From: Heptranchias perlo | Lineage: Eukaryota | NCBI RefSeq assembly: GCF_035084215.1 | Contig: NC_090337.1 | Location: 25,296,001 to 25,360,000 of the forward strand | Length of the DNA stretch: 64,000 nt | Direction: 5' to 3' | In this document: piece by piece, positions 39,301 to 52,929 of the stretch | Layout: each line of letters starts with the position of its first letter | Position numbering within the stretch: position 1 is the stretch's first letter | Made by a program: the position numbers and the translations under genes | Notes under the pieces: model-generated | Told to the model about the DNA's origin: nothing | Databases searched by the model: none | Seen by the model: only the letters and a program-made list of their open reading frames with translations

Positions 39301-39439
39301 TTTTCACCAGAAAAGAGAAGTCAAAGTTGTAAAGGATGAGTTTGCTGTGAAGTTTTAGTTTATGTATACTGACTTACTTCAGATGTCCATATTGCTAGTG
39401 GGAAGATTTAGATTAGAACCAAATGAGGAGGAACAGGAT

Positions 39440-41255
39440 GCTTCTTCCCATTTCTTCCTCACTCTTTCCCCCCCCCCCCTTTCTTCCTCACTTTCTCCCC
39501 CCCCCCCCCCCTCTTTCTTTCTTCCTCACTTTCTCCCCCCCCCCCTCTTTCTTTCTTCCTCCCCCCCCCTCTTTCTTTCTTCCTCACTTTCTCCCCCCCC
39601 CCCTTCTTTCTTCCTTACTTTCTCCCCCCCCCCTTTCTTTCTTCCTCACTTTCTCCCCCCCCCCTTTCTTTCTTCCTCACTTTCTCCCCCCCCCCTTCTT
39701 TCTTCCTTACTTTCTCCCCCCCCCTTTCTTTCTTCCTCACTTTCTCCCCCCCCCTTTCTTTCTTCCTCACTTTCTCCCCCCCCCCTTCTTTCTTCCTTAC
39801 TTTCTCCCCCCCCCCCTTTCTTTCTTCCTCACTTTCTCCCCCCCCTTTCTTTCTTCCTCACTTTCCCCCCCCCCTTTCTTTCGTCCGCACTTTCTTCCCC
39901 CCCCCTTTCTCTCTTCCTCCCCCCCCCCCTTCTCTCTTCCTCACTTTCTCCCCCCCCTTCTCTCTTCCTCACTTTCTTCCCCCCCTTTCTCTCTTCCTCA
40001 CTTTCTCCCCCCCTTCTCTCTTCCTCCCCCCCCCTTCTCTCTTCCTCACTTTCTCCCCCCCTTCTCTCTTCCTCTCTTCCTCCCCCCCCCTTTCTCTCTT
40101 CCTCCCCCCCCCTTTCTCTCTTCCTCCCCCCCCCCTTTCTCTCTTCCTCCCCCCCCCCCTTTCTCTCTTCCTCCCCCCCCCCCTTTCTCTCTTCCTCCCC
40201 CCCCCCCCCTTTCTCTCTTCCTCCCCCCCCCCTTTCTCTCTTCCTCCCCCCCCCCCTTTCTCTCTTCCTCCCCCCCCCCCTTTCTCTCTTCCTCCCCCCC
40301 CCCCCCTTTCTCTCTTCCTCCCCCCCCCCCCTTCTCTCTTCCTCCCCCCCCCCCCTTTCTCTCTTCCTCCCCCCCCCCCTTTCTCTCTTCCTCCCCCCCC
40401 CCCTTTCTCTCTTCCTCCCCCCCCCTTTCTCTCTTCCTCCCCCCCCTTTCTCTCTTCCTCCCCCCCCCCCCTTTCTCTCTTCCTCCCCCCCCCCTTTTCT
40501 CTCTTCCTCCCCCCCCCCCTTTCTCTCTTCCTCCCCCCCCCCCTTTCTCTCTTCCTCCCCCCCCCCCTTTCTCTCTTCCTCCCCCCCCCCCTTTCTCTCT
40601 TCCTCCCCCCCCCCCCCTTTCTCTCTTCCTCCCCCCCCCCCCCTTTCTCTCTTCCTCCCCCCCCCCCCCTTTCTCTCTTCCTCCCCCCCCCCCCCTTCTC
40701 TCTTCCTCCCCCCCCCCCCCCCTTCTCTCTTCCTCCCCCCCCCCCCCCTTTCTCTCTTCCTCCCCCCCCCCCCCCTTTCTCTCTTCCTCCCCCCCCCCCC
40801 CCTTTCTCTCTTCCTCCCCCCCCCCCCCCCCCTTCCTCTCTTCCTCCCCCCCCCCCCCCCCCTTCCTCTCTTCCTCCCCCCCCCCCCCCCCCTTCCTCTC
40901 TTCCTCCCCCCCCCCCCCCCCCTTCCTCTCTTCCTCCCCCCCCCCCCCCCCCCTTCCTCTCTTCCTCCCCCCCCCCCCCCCCCCTTCCTCTCTTCCTCCC
41001 CCCCCCCCCTTCCTCTCTTCCCCCCCCCCCCCTTCCTCTCTTCCTCCCCCCCCCCCCCCCCCCCCTTCCTCTCTTCCTCCCCCCCCCCCCCCCCCCTTCC
41101 TCTCTTCCTCCCCCCCCCCCCCTTCCTCTCTTCCTCCCCCCCCCCCCCCTTCCTCTCTTCCTCCCCCCCCCCCCCCTTCCTCTCTTCCTCCCCCCCCCCC
41201 CCTTCCTCTCTTCCTCACTTTCTTTCTTTCTTTCTCCCCCCCCCACTTTCTTTCT
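39440..41255 (+). repeat. 1.8-kb polypyrimidine minisatellite (TTTCTCTCTTCCTC + poly-C)
   Basis: Almost pure C/T strand; units of about 20-30 bp with variable C-runs. Confidence 0.97.
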
Positions 41256-44200
41256 AACTGCGCAAGCTGGACTTTAAAGTGCATCACAGAAGCATTTGTA
41301 TATGGCACTTATATGAAATTAAACCTTCTATTGGAATAGAGATGTCACTGGATGCAGTATATACCAAAAATAAGCTAACACACTACTGCACCATCACCAA
41401 TCTGATAGGATTGATTTAGAAAGTGGAATTCAGTCCTCCTCATCCACCAGCTGCTTATTTTTCAAGTAGTTTTAATGGAAGTAGACTATAAGCACTGTTC
41501 AGCATGTTCCATGATATGGAAATTAGATTGGTTTAGACTACCTGAAAAATACTTCTGTGATGAGTGATCACTAAATTACCAAGTTATATTCTATGAGGAA
41601 GTTAACTTTTTAAAAATCATTTGAAATTTGAGTATTGCAGAACATTTGGAGTGAAAGATAATTTTAAAATGATGTTCTATGAGAAAAGGGCTGTGGGGAA
41701 TGCAAGACCTAGTAGCCTTTCAGTGCCCTGCTATAAGCTGGAGGAAGCTTTGTTCCTCATTCAACTTAGAGCCTAATACAATACTCATTCTCTGTTCAGT
41801 TTATGGAATTGAAAAGCCTCCACTCTGTGCTTTAGATTGCAAGTTAAGTAGAAATTTACAGACACAAGAAAGGTTACCTCAATCTGTTGGTGATAAGTTT
41901 CATTAGTTCTCAGCTACACTGTTGGTGAGATAACTTGCATTAAGGGGAAAGATTACCTCAGGAGATGAACAGGCCTTCAAGTAGAAAAGTTGTGAAGTCT
42001 GGTAAATGTGAGGAAGAGTAACAGGAGGCTGTATAGAGGGAATGTCTGAAGATTTTTATTTAAAATGTTGCCTGAGGCCTTGTTCCTCTGTGGTAACTCT
42101 TCAATAATCTGTCTTACAGTCAGTGCTCCTGTCATCAGTTTATGGAAGGAGCACTTGTAATAAGATGGGAGCATTGCCAACTTTCCCCTTTATAATAAGA
42201 GGACCATCACCAAGTAGGAACTGTGTAAAGCCATGCCAAATGTGATCAGTATGTTGTGGATACAAACCCACAACCATTAATTTGTGAAGTGAACATTGTA
42301 ACTACAGTATCAGTAGATATAAATAATTGTAAATTTTAACTTAGTAATATAGCAAATTTAGTTTGTGCATTATTTATATCTATGTAGATATATATATGTG
42401 TGTGTGTGTGTGCAATATAATTTTCTAAATTCAAGTTGCTTTCATCATAATCTGAGATTAATTGGTTGAAGTAGATGAAAACAGTAATAATTTGTTGAGT
42501 ATGTTGGTATACAAGTACATATCATGATCAGGTGGACTAATGTCTGCTGTTGCCTGCATAGTGAATTCCTGAGCATAGGCAGAGCCCTGGGAGACAGCTT
42601 TTTTTTAAAATGTGTATATTATTGGGGAGGGAGGGGTAATAAATAGATCTAAGAGGGTTAGAAATAGAATTTTAAGCATGGAATGATTTTTTTTTTAAAA
42701 TCAAGAATTAAAGTTTTTTAAAACAAGAATGAATTGCTGCACCCTGTGAGTGTTTACCTTTGGCTTCGGCCTCTATTTTCAACACTTGAATTTTAAATGA
42801 AATCGCTGCAAAGGTGATATTGTGTAAGAACAATTAGATTGTTACATAAAATAATTCACAGGCTATATCTGGCAAATTTGCAGAATATCTAACTGCACTC
42901 AAAAAGGTGTGTGTATTGTGTTTATCATTAATTTTAATACAGTAGTGTTAAATCCTGTCAGAACATACACTAGTCCTCATAACCGACTTGCATTTCATTA
43001 CTACTTAAACATTACATATTTTTCCTTCAAGCCCACGAAGGGGTTTGATTATCTTCAACACCTAAAACATTAAACTTTCTGTTCTGTATTAATGGATGTG
43101 TTGTGTATCTCCAACATTTTCTGTTTTTATTTGAGATTTCTAGCATTTGCTGTTTTTCATTTTTGTTGTTACATACTTATACTCTACGATTCCAAGTTCT
43201 GGCCTATTCAATATGTTGTTTATTTCTTAACTTGCAAGTTTAGAATAATTTCTAAAATCAATTTTTTTTAATGTCAAACTTCCAGGAGTTTGTGTTAATG
43301 GGGTACTACTTTCAGTAAGAAATGGTGAGAGGTAGCATAATGGGTAACACATTGCTTTAATAACCCTTTTATCATAGCAATACTGTTGGCTTAGCAGAAA
43401 CAAAGATATTGCATTAATATGCATCTGTCCAGACTTTTATACAAAACACCAACTTGCAGTGTCAGTATATTCTTTCCTTCAAAGTAATGATGATAAATGC
43501 ATCTTCAGCTGAGTGATCTTATCCCATGATTTTATTGCAGAAACTACATCAGCTAATGCACTGAGATGCTTTCATCGGTAAAAGTTTTAGTAATAAAGTG
43601 AATATAGCCACAATAACCCGATATCAAACTAGTGTATATGTCTCTTATGATATTGCTTACAGTGAATCACAATGTAGCCTCTTCCATGGCATTTAGCTGT
43701 AAACTGGATTTCTGCCTTTATTTTGTCTCTAGCTGCAAGAATTGTTTTACGATATCTTCCTCCTGTTTACTGCTCGGCGACAGGAGCTCCTGAACAATTC
43801 AACGTCCACAGTTGAATAAGATTTTGAAAGTTTATTTTGAAAAAGATACCTCCAGCGACCGTGAAGTAAATATTTTTTGAATGGTTTCTGGGTTTAAAAA
43901 AAAATTAGCATTTCCCTTCTCCACTAAATAAATAAATTAGTTCTACTTACAGACTACACTTCTATAAATAAATAAATCTCTGTATGTTATATAGTATACC
44001 TGCAGGAGGGTAAATTTAACCCAATCCACCCGGCGGGAAACTGATGCGATCAGATCGACCGCCCGATTTTACTTTCCGATGATGCGTGTACCTATTGCTT
44101 GTTACAGAGTCTGTGCACCTACTTGCTTCACTATCATAGGCTTCTAATCAGGGCCGTTCTCGAGTTATCAGCCGCTGAGGGGTTGGTTAGCTCTTGCTAA

Positions 44201-44599
44201 TTTTCTGGCTGGGCCTTGTAGGACGAGGCTGTCATTTCCGCGGATCTGTGCGCTTTGCAATGCAGCCACCGACCATGGCGTTTAGCTATAAACTGGATTT
44301 ATGCCTTTATTTTGTCTCTCGCTCTGCAATAATTTTTTCTTTTGACGATATTTTCCCCCTGTGCGCTTCCATGGCAACTTCACTTCGAATGTGCCGACAG
44401 GAAACGGTCACTGGAGCTCGTGGGCCGCTCACCACAATCCAACCTCCACCGGCAGGGCTTCCGTTCAGCTGTCTAACACATTGCCTAGCATTTAAAAAAA
44501 ACGTAGAGATGCGAAACCTATTTGTTTTTAAAATTAATAAACTCTTTTAATTTAAAAGAAAAAATATACGGTGTGATAAAATCCTAGCAGTTACTTTTG

Positions 44600-45130
44600 A
44601 AGTAAGTTAGTATTGGTGAAGGAAGGGAGGGCAGGCGGGCAGGGGACGACAGGAGGAGAGGCGAGGCCCCCCCCCCACCACCCGGGTGCGAGGAGGTTTT
44701 TTTTGTCTGTGGAAAGTCCTGAGTCAGTGCGGGAGCGGCAGCCGGTCCGGGACAAGGAGCGAGACCGACCGATAGACGACAGGGAGAAGCGGCAGCAGTG
44801 AGCGCCTGAACCGCGGCTACAACATGATTACCTCGGCCGGTGAGTGAGGCTGTCTGGCCCGCCTGCTTATTCCACCCCCCCCCCTTCCCCTTCGATCCGG
44901 ACTGAGGGTGAAGAAAGCTTCTGCCGGCTGGGCCCGGACCCCGACCCCGGGAGATCTTGGCCCACTGGCTGATTATCCAACAGCCCAGGTCTCGGCGCGG
45001 CCCGTACGCCGCACATCGGGGGTTAGTTTCTGGCTTTAAATACTTGTGTTCAAGTTGGTAGTTTCCTGGGTCCGCGCAGCTGAGTCACTGAATGAATGAG
45101 GCCCGAGAGCGGGCACTGAAACCCTGACAC
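44600..45130 (+). promoter_or_regulatory. PSMD1: PSMD1 CpG-island promoter with AP-1/ARE motifs
   Basis: GC-rich; TGAGTCA at 44720-44726; GCTGAGTCAC (ARE on - strand) at 45079-45088. Confidence 0.65.
44824..44839 (+). CDS. PSMD1: 26S proteasome non-ATPase regulatory subunit 1 (Rpn2), exon 1 (MITSA)
   Basis: AACATG start context; G/GTGAGT donor. Confidence 0.93.
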
Positions 45131-45539
45131 CGGGGCCGCTTTCAGCAGCACCCAACCGACGGGATTGAATTATCATCTGTTGCTTTACTGTAAATCGAAG
45201 GGCTCGTACAAAAGAGAGCGTGGCCATCGCCAGAAAATAAAACCAAGTGAGGGTGGAATACCAGCACCGTGTGTGGTTAATGTCCCTAAGTCCAGAGCCG
45301 TGTCAGTGAGATACATGTGTTGACACTGAGTCCAGGACAGTAAGGTCAGTAAATCCAAGGAAGTATTAAGTGAGGGAACAGCTATTTATAGCGACCTATC
45401 CATATATCTAAGGAGAGATGCAGTGGAATGAGGACAGCCATGCAGCGTTATCTCGGTCATAGCAAATGCCCAAGGATAGGGGAATGAAGAGTGAGCCAGA
45501 GATGGACAGATCAGGAGGGGTGATTGAAAGATTGGTCAA

Positions 45540-46420
45540 AGGCTGTTCAAGTTTTGGACCAGTTAGAGTTTATGGAGGATGGGAGGCCAGCAAGGAGAAC
45601 ATTAGTAAAATTGAGTTCCACAGTGTTAAAAAAACATGGATAAGGGTTTCAGCAGCAAAGGAGTTGCTTTAGGGGCAGAGGCAGGAAACTTTGCGGAGAT
45701 GGAAATAAGGGATCTTGTTGATGGATAGGACATGGGGTTAAAACTCAACTCTGGGACACCAAGATTTTGCACTTTTTGGATCCGATTTGGTGAGTAGCAG
45801 GAAGGGGATTGAGTCAAAGGCAAGGGAGTGAAGTGATTTGCAGGGGTCAAAAATTATGGGTATGGCTTTCCTATTTTGAGTTGGAAAAATTGCTTTGTCC
45901 ATGATTTGATGTCAGACAGGCAATCTGACAAAGATGGCCATGGAGTCAAGAGAATTGTTCAGAGGTACAGGTGGGTGTCATCTGCATACTTATGTAAGCT
46001 GATCATAAACCTGCAGATAATGTCACCAGGTAGATGACAGAGCAGGATTGACCCTTGAGGCTTTCCTGAGGTAACAGTGTGAGTATGGGAAGAGTATTTT
46101 GAAGGTGATGTGCCAACTTTATTTGGGATAAGTAATAATGGAACCATGCAAGGGCAGTTCCTTGGCGATGGATAGTGGAGAAGAGGTAATGGAGGAGGAT
46201 GGGATGGTCAACTCTATCAAACGCTGCAGAGTGGGTCGAGGAGGATAAGGAGGGATGATGCATCCCAGTCACAGAAGATGCCTGTTGTGATGGTGCTGTC
46301 ATAAGGATGGAAGCCAGAACTGAGGGATTCGAATAGGGATATTTCGAAGAAATGGGCATGGCATGGGAGGCAATGACACATTTGGTGACCTTGGGAAAGA
46401 TTGGTTGAAGTTAGTTGGAA
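45540..46420 (-). mobile_element. Decayed L2 LINE
   Basis: SAAFDRVDHPILL, TALAWFHYYLS, PQGSIL, HKYADDTHLYL. Confidence 0.75.
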
Positions 46421-46822
46421 AAGGCAAATGGGTTTGATGGTGAGTTTTTGAGGAGAAAATGAGGTAAGGGAAAGGAATGTTGCCTGCGGAAGGGCCTATT
46501 ATCATTGTAAGCTTGCATGGGGCTGGGATGGGCAGTTGAGTGATCATTTTGTGGGCCATTTTGATATTCCTTGTTTGAATTATTAGTATGCAGATGGATT
46601 GTGATTATAAGCAAGAAAGAACCGTGCTCCAAATTCGTCCCAACTGTCTTGAAAGTTGTATGTTGGTTCAGTGTATTATTAAATGCAGCATAGATTACAG
46701 CATTTTTTGTTACTGTTTTTTTATACAGTATGATAGCAACCTCTGATTTTCAATGTAGGTAGAATCAATTCCAGGAACTGTAGCACTCAATACCCATCCC
46801 CAGACAGTAAAGTGCATTTTTA

Positions 46823-46919
46823 ATAAAAACAGAAAATGCTGAAAACACTCAGCAGGTCAGGCAGCATCTGTGGAGAGAGAAATAGTTAACATTTCAGGTC
46901 GAGGACCTATCATCAGAAC
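46823..46919 (-). mobile_element. 97-bp Penelope-derived mini-insertion with intact hammerhead core and 13-bp TSD
   Basis: AAGTGCATTTTTA at 46810-46822 and 46920-46932; minus strand GUU-CUGAUGA-U-AGGUC/CUC/GACCU-GAAA-UG-UU-AAC at 46885-46919. Confidence 0.85.
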
Positions 46920-47219
46920 AAGTGCATTTTTATATTGTTTTAAACATAATAAATGTCCCACGGTGTTCAGAGGCGGAATGACCGCCAACTAGTAGCAGGA
47001 GAATTTGGAGGTGGCTGAAGGCATGGTTGAAGAGGTAAGTTTCAAGGAGGCTTTTGAAGCTGAGGAGAGAAGCACCCAGGTGGAAGGATTTGGAGGAAGA
47101 GTGTGGAAGAAAACCACACACATTAGAAGATAACTGCAAATTTTGTTGGTTGTGTAGACCTGGAAACTAAATGGTGGTACATTATTCAAATAAATTGTAA
47201 TAGATTGGGGTTAGAAAGA

Positions 47220-48470
47220 TTCTTATAGGAACAAGAGTAGGCCATTTAGCCCCTCGAGCCTGTACTGCCATTCTGTTGGACCGTGGCTGAGCTGTACCTC
47301 AACTCCACTTATCTGCCTTTGATCCATATCCCTTGATACCATATCTAATGTCGATTTCAGTCTTCAAAATTCCAATTGACCCACCATCCACAGCCTTTTG
47401 GTGGAGACAGTTCCAGATTTCCATTACCATTTGTGTGAAAAAAGTGCTTCCTGACTTCACTTCTGAATGGCCTAGCTCTAATTTTAAGATTATGTGCTTT
47501 TATTCTGTATTCTCCCACCAGAGGAAAGAATTTCTCTGTATCTACCCTATCAAATCCCTTTTTATTATTTTAAACACCTCAATTATATCACCGCACGACC
47601 GTATAAATTCGAGTTAATACTAACCACGTTTATGCAACCTCCTCGTAATTTAACCCTTTATGCTCCAGTATCATTCTGGGTGAATCTGCACTATATGCCC
47701 TTCAATGCCAATTTATTCTTCCTGAGGTGCATTGCCCAAAACTGAATGCAGTGCTCCAGATGGGGTCTGATCAAGGCTTTGTACAACTGAAGCATATATT
47801 CCTTCCCTTTGTGTTCTAACCCCCTTGATATAAAGGCTAATATTCTGATTACTTTTTTAATCTGTGCATTAGCTTTTAATGATTTGCGAAGCAGGACACT
47901 CAAATCCCTTTGCTTCTCCACAGCTCCTAGTTTCTCCAGTTTAAGAAAATATTCCGAAATGTCTTGGATCCAAAGTGGATGACCTCACATTTTGCTCCAT
48001 CTCCCACAGTTTTGCCCATTCACTTAATCAATTTACGTCCCTTTGTAACCTGCTGCCCCCATCGACACATCTTGCTGTACCTTCTCAGTTAGCGTCATCT
48101 GCAAACTTTGATGCACGACTCTCGATTCCTTCAACCAAGTCATTGATATATATGGTGAAAATCTGAGGCCCCAGTACAGAACCCTGGGGAAAACCACGTG
48201 TCACATCCCACCAATCAAGGTAGATTCCCTTTATCGCTGCTCTCTGTCTCCCATCGCTTGTGCGAAACCTTATCAAATGCCTTCTGGAAGTCCATGCAGA
48301 CAACGTCCATAGAAACTCCCTTATCCATCATATCAGTGACCTCTTCAAAAAATTCAACTAGATTAGTCCGATATGACCTCCCCTTCACAAATCCAGGCTG
48401 ACTCCCTTTGATCAGCTTATTCATGATGATAGATTCCAGTAACTTCCCCACAACTGAGTGGTGGGAACAT
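47220..48470 (-). mobile_element. Decayed CR1 LINE
   Basis: SQPGFVKGRSYRTNLVEFFEEVT, PQGSVLGP, KFADDAN, LIRPHLEHC. Confidence 0.85.
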
Positions 48471-50290
48471 TGCATCATAATCCCCTTGAACAAACTGCAC
48501 ATGCCAAAGAGGGTGCTGCACAAGCAGCTCTCCAGTCTCAGTCACGGGCTACTCTTCAGGAGATCACTGGAAATAGTGGACTGGGTAACTTGCCATTTTT
48601 GTTTTAATTTTTTTCCCCTACTCTCAATGAGGCGGTTTCTTGATCTTCCTTTCCTTCTCTCTTCCCCCTCTTTCCCCCCACCCCCCAGCAGTAACAGCAT
48701 ATGACTTAAGGAACTGGTGATGTAAGAAATTCCGGGTACAGTTCTAAATATTGAAATTTTATGTTGTGCATGTCAATAAGAAATAAGTATGAAAGCTGTT
48801 CTTGATCAATACACTGGTTAATAGAAATAAGTATGAAAACTGTTCCTGACCAAAACACTGTTTTGTTTGCTGTGTACAGTTCTGTAAGTGCAAAGAAGGG
48901 GGGAAAAAAGTCCACATATTATAGTTCACTATTTGTAAAAGTTTAGTTTCTATGATGTCAAACCAGTATATTTTGCTGTGGTTTTTGTTAGCCAATGTCA
49001 TTCAGTTCATCCTAGTAATCCTCAGATTACAAAATTAAAATATTTTTAAGATGTTTCTCCCTTTTTACTAACTGGTGAATTACAGTTTTTGGTAGGTTTT
49101 GTTGCATACTGGTACTATTAGCTACTGCCAATACTTGGGGTCAGTTATATGGTGTGATACCTTGGAAGGGATGGATCATGGGAAATTGAATCATGGGCCA
49201 TGTCACTCATTAGTGCCAAAGGTGAAAGAGTTCTGTGCATTTGTTTTTTTTCTCCTAACCTTTTCATTTGTAGTCATGTTTTTGGTTTCCAACACAAACT
49301 TACATGGTTCAATAACTTTTTTATTTGTTCAATTTTCTCTCATCTTCCCAAAGGCAGTAACTCTTGCTGGAGAATGGTTCCATGCGCAATTGCAGGTCTT
49401 TGGTTTCTCAAACAAGTTGGAATTATTCATACACAAGTCTTGAAATTGAGTGGCAGCAAGCTATTCGTCCTTTGGGGCACTACACAACCGAGCCCTAACT
49501 TGCTGTATTCTGACATCCACATACACACATCCAGCAGAGATTGCTAGATAGTGATTGGGAGCAAGAACCCAGGCTGATTTCCTTCTCCATAATCCAGGAA
49601 TGTTAAGGTCAATTGTAGCCCCTTGTCACTGCTATGGCTGAGATTAGCTAACCCAGCATAGACCAAGTGTCTTAGCTGGGGCCTTCTTGCTCTGTATAGC
49701 TCAGTTGCTCACTGCATCAGGGCATCATGTGTATGCATTTTTAACCATATCTATTTGACTGCAAGACTTTTTAAAAGCAGTCTCTCTAATGATGGTGGTT
49801 TAAATGGCTCTACTCTGGATAAATCTTGTCTACTATGATTGTATCTGTGGAACAAATCTAGCCCAAACCTGATAAAATTGGTAAAGAGCAGATGCTGTCC
49901 GAATGCATCATTTGCACTGTATTATGGAGATTATTTAACTTGTCTCTGTTTTACAGGGAATCTTCTGGATTTTTTTCAGCATACATTCTTGAAATGCAAC
50001 TTGTTCATTTTTATCTTTTTGGTCTTGTTTTGTTGGATGTTATGCTGTATCATGGTTGCTTTTATGAAAACTGATTCTTTTATTGGAAGAAGTTGAGAAT
50101 TGAAAAATTCTGTTAGTAAAAATATTGGTGTCTCCTGAAATGAACTCTGAGCAGCATGGAATGTCTTGGTTCCTGAGCCTGCCATTAGTAACTATTGAAC
50201 TAGGCAGTTTCTTTTTTCAATTTCACACAATCTGCTCGACTTGATTAATATATTTTGTGCTAACTTTTTCTCTTTCATTGCACTTTATAG

Positions 50291-50334
50291 CTGGGATAAT
50301 TTCTCTTCTGGATGAAAAAGAGCCACAGCTCAAG
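50291..50334 (+). CDS. PSMD1: PSMD1 exon 2
   Basis: (A)GIISLLDEKEPQLK; AG/GTAAGC boundaries. Confidence 0.95.
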
Positions 50335-50909
50335 GTAAGCGGTTGATCTTCAGAAAAACAATAATGCAGGGTTTAGGTATGCTGTGTGATTTGGGAAACA
50401 CTGCTAAACACTTTGACTGCAGCTTCATTTTTTAAAAAAGTGTGTAATCTGTTCACAACGTAAGATGAATTGTCATTGTAAATAACATGGGAGTGAAGTC
50501 TCTATGTACTTTGTAAACTAAAATTAAATGCTGGAACTAAAGCACTGCTGAAATAATTGGTAAAAGACACCTGAATGTTAAATTTAGGGCAGTATTTGTA
50601 TTGTTTGTAATAATTCAGAAGCTGTTAGCGCCTTGTGGTTACAAGGTTGAGTTTCTTCACTGCCTGTGAATGTTGAGGAGCTTCTTTGATTACTAACTGG
50701 ATTAATAACCGAGTGACCCTGTATCACATTGTTTCGTCTCAGGACATTAGTGTTAGTGTGATACTTTTTGAGAAGTCTGCAGCTTGCTTTGCGCTTCTAA
50801 CTGAAAGAGGCAGCATACATTGTATATTGAAACTTTCCTTGGTTAGTCATCAAAATTGTACTCAACACCCCTGATTAAATGTTTAATTTCATTTTTTTTT
50901 CTGTTCTAG

Positions 50910-50983
50910 GAGTTTGCTCTGCACAAGCTGAACTCCATAGTCAATGACTTCTGGGCTGAAATTTCAGAATCTGTGGTTAAAAT
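50910..50983 (+). CDS. PSMD1: PSMD1 exon 3
   Basis: EFALHKLNSIVNDFWAEISESVVK(I). Confidence 0.95.
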
Positions 50984-51302
50984 GTAAGAGATTTATACTG
51001 TTCTGATGGTTTTTGTAGGCATGTGATTTTCTGACTTGTTTTGGTAGTTATAATGGAGAGACTTTATAATTGTTGTGTACTGTAAAATGAACAATTCCAA
51101 ATTCATCAGCTAATTTGTTTATTAAACGAACATCTTGTGAGCGCTTGTATATCATCACTAGTTTTAGAATGGTAGTGTCTTGGTACTCAAGCTTGCTGTG
51201 CTACTTCTAAAAAAAGGTAACCTGCAAACTGTCTGTACATCCATCAGATGTCAATTGAATATTCAGTCAGTTGGCACAGCCCTCAAACTTAATTGTGTGA
51301 GA

Positions 51303-51305
<3 letters not shown>

Positions 51306-51343
<38 letters not shown>
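51306..51343 (+). repeat. (CA)n microsatellite
   Basis: About 18 AC units. Confidence 0.95.
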
Positions 51344-51345
<2 letters not shown>

Positions 51346-51364
51346 CAAAGTTTGCATATGTAGT

Positions 51365-52135
51365 AAAACAGTGATGAGGATATTAACAAACTTCAGGAGG
51401 ACATAGACAGACTGGTCACATGGCAGATGAAATTTAACGCAGAGAAGTGTGAAGTGATGCATTTTGGTAGGAAGAATGAGGAGAGGCAATATAAACTAAA
51501 TGGTACAGTTTTAAAGTGGCTGGAGTAACGGAGAGACCTGGGGATGTATGTACAAGGAAGTTATGCTAATTCTTTATAAATCACTGGTTAGGCCTTAGCT
51601 GGAGTATTGTGTCCAATTCTGGGCACCACACTTTAGGAAGGATGTCAAGGCCTTAGGGTGCAGAGAAGATTTACTTGAATGGTACCAGGGATATGGGACT
51701 TCAGTTACATGGAGAGACTAGAGAAGCTGGGGTTATTCTCCTTAGAACAGAGTAGATAGGGGGAGATATAATAGAGGTGTTCAAAATCATGAAGGGTTTT
51801 GATAGAGTAAATAAGGAGTAACTGTTTCCAGTGACAGAAGGGTCGGTAACCAGAGGGGACAGATTTAAGGTAATTGGCAAAAGAACCAGAGGCGAGATGA
51901 GGAGAATTTTTTTTTTTAAGCAGCGAGTAATGAGCTGGAATTCACTGCCTGAAAGGGGGGTGGAAGCAGATTCAATAATAACTTTCAAAAGGTAATTGGA
52001 TAAATATTTGAATGGAAAAGATTTGCAGGGCTATGGGGAAAGAACAGGGGAGTGGGACTAATCGAATAGCATTTTCAAAGAACCAGCGCAGACACAATGT
52101 GCTGAATGGCCTCTTGTGCTGTATCATTCTATGAC
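51365..52135 (+). mobile_element. CR1 3' fragment
   Basis: WQMKFNAEKCEVMHFG; CR1 3'UTR ending ATTCTATG. Confidence 0.85.
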
Positions 52136-52395
52136 CACTAAAAGGAGAATAGGTGCTTTTACATTGGTCTTTAGCAGAAGCAACATCATCAATTGTACCT
52201 CGCTCTCAATGATGTCAGTACTTTGCACTTGAGCACTGGCTACAATGTGATGGTCATGTTCGCAGATTAGCAAACATCATGGTTCTACCACTTTGCAGGA
52301 AGGCTGGTTGTACTATCCACAAATAAATGCAGGAGAGTGATGCTGTTAGCTTGCTCTGCTAAGGCCTAGGCAGCAATATATAATCAACCATTTAA

Positions 52396-52605
<210 letters not shown>

Positions 52606-52929
52606 TAGCATTCTTTAATTTCCATCTCTATTTACTAACTCTTGTGAATTATTTCATAAAGTTTATTAAAAAATGTGATGCTTTAAATTTGGTATTTATA
52701 GATCCACAGTTGGGTCTTTTTTGTGGATCTTTCTGGGCTATCTTAAACCTGCTTTTGGTGTATTTTTTAACTCTTTGGAAATCTTCAGCTTTTGAAAGAG
52801 TATAACCAAGTTGTCATGGTCTGTTTTTATCTTCCACCACCTGCTCCCCTGGTTGTTGTAATTATATAAGTTTTCTGTTTTAGTTAGTACAAAATGTACT
52901 CTAAACTGTTCACCAATAAATAGCCAGAT

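Noticed and set aside
39362-41339. Four long ORFs (420-638 aa, Pro/Ser- or Gly/Arg-rich)
   Set aside because: They arise because a C/T-only repeat has no stop codons on either strand; not genes.
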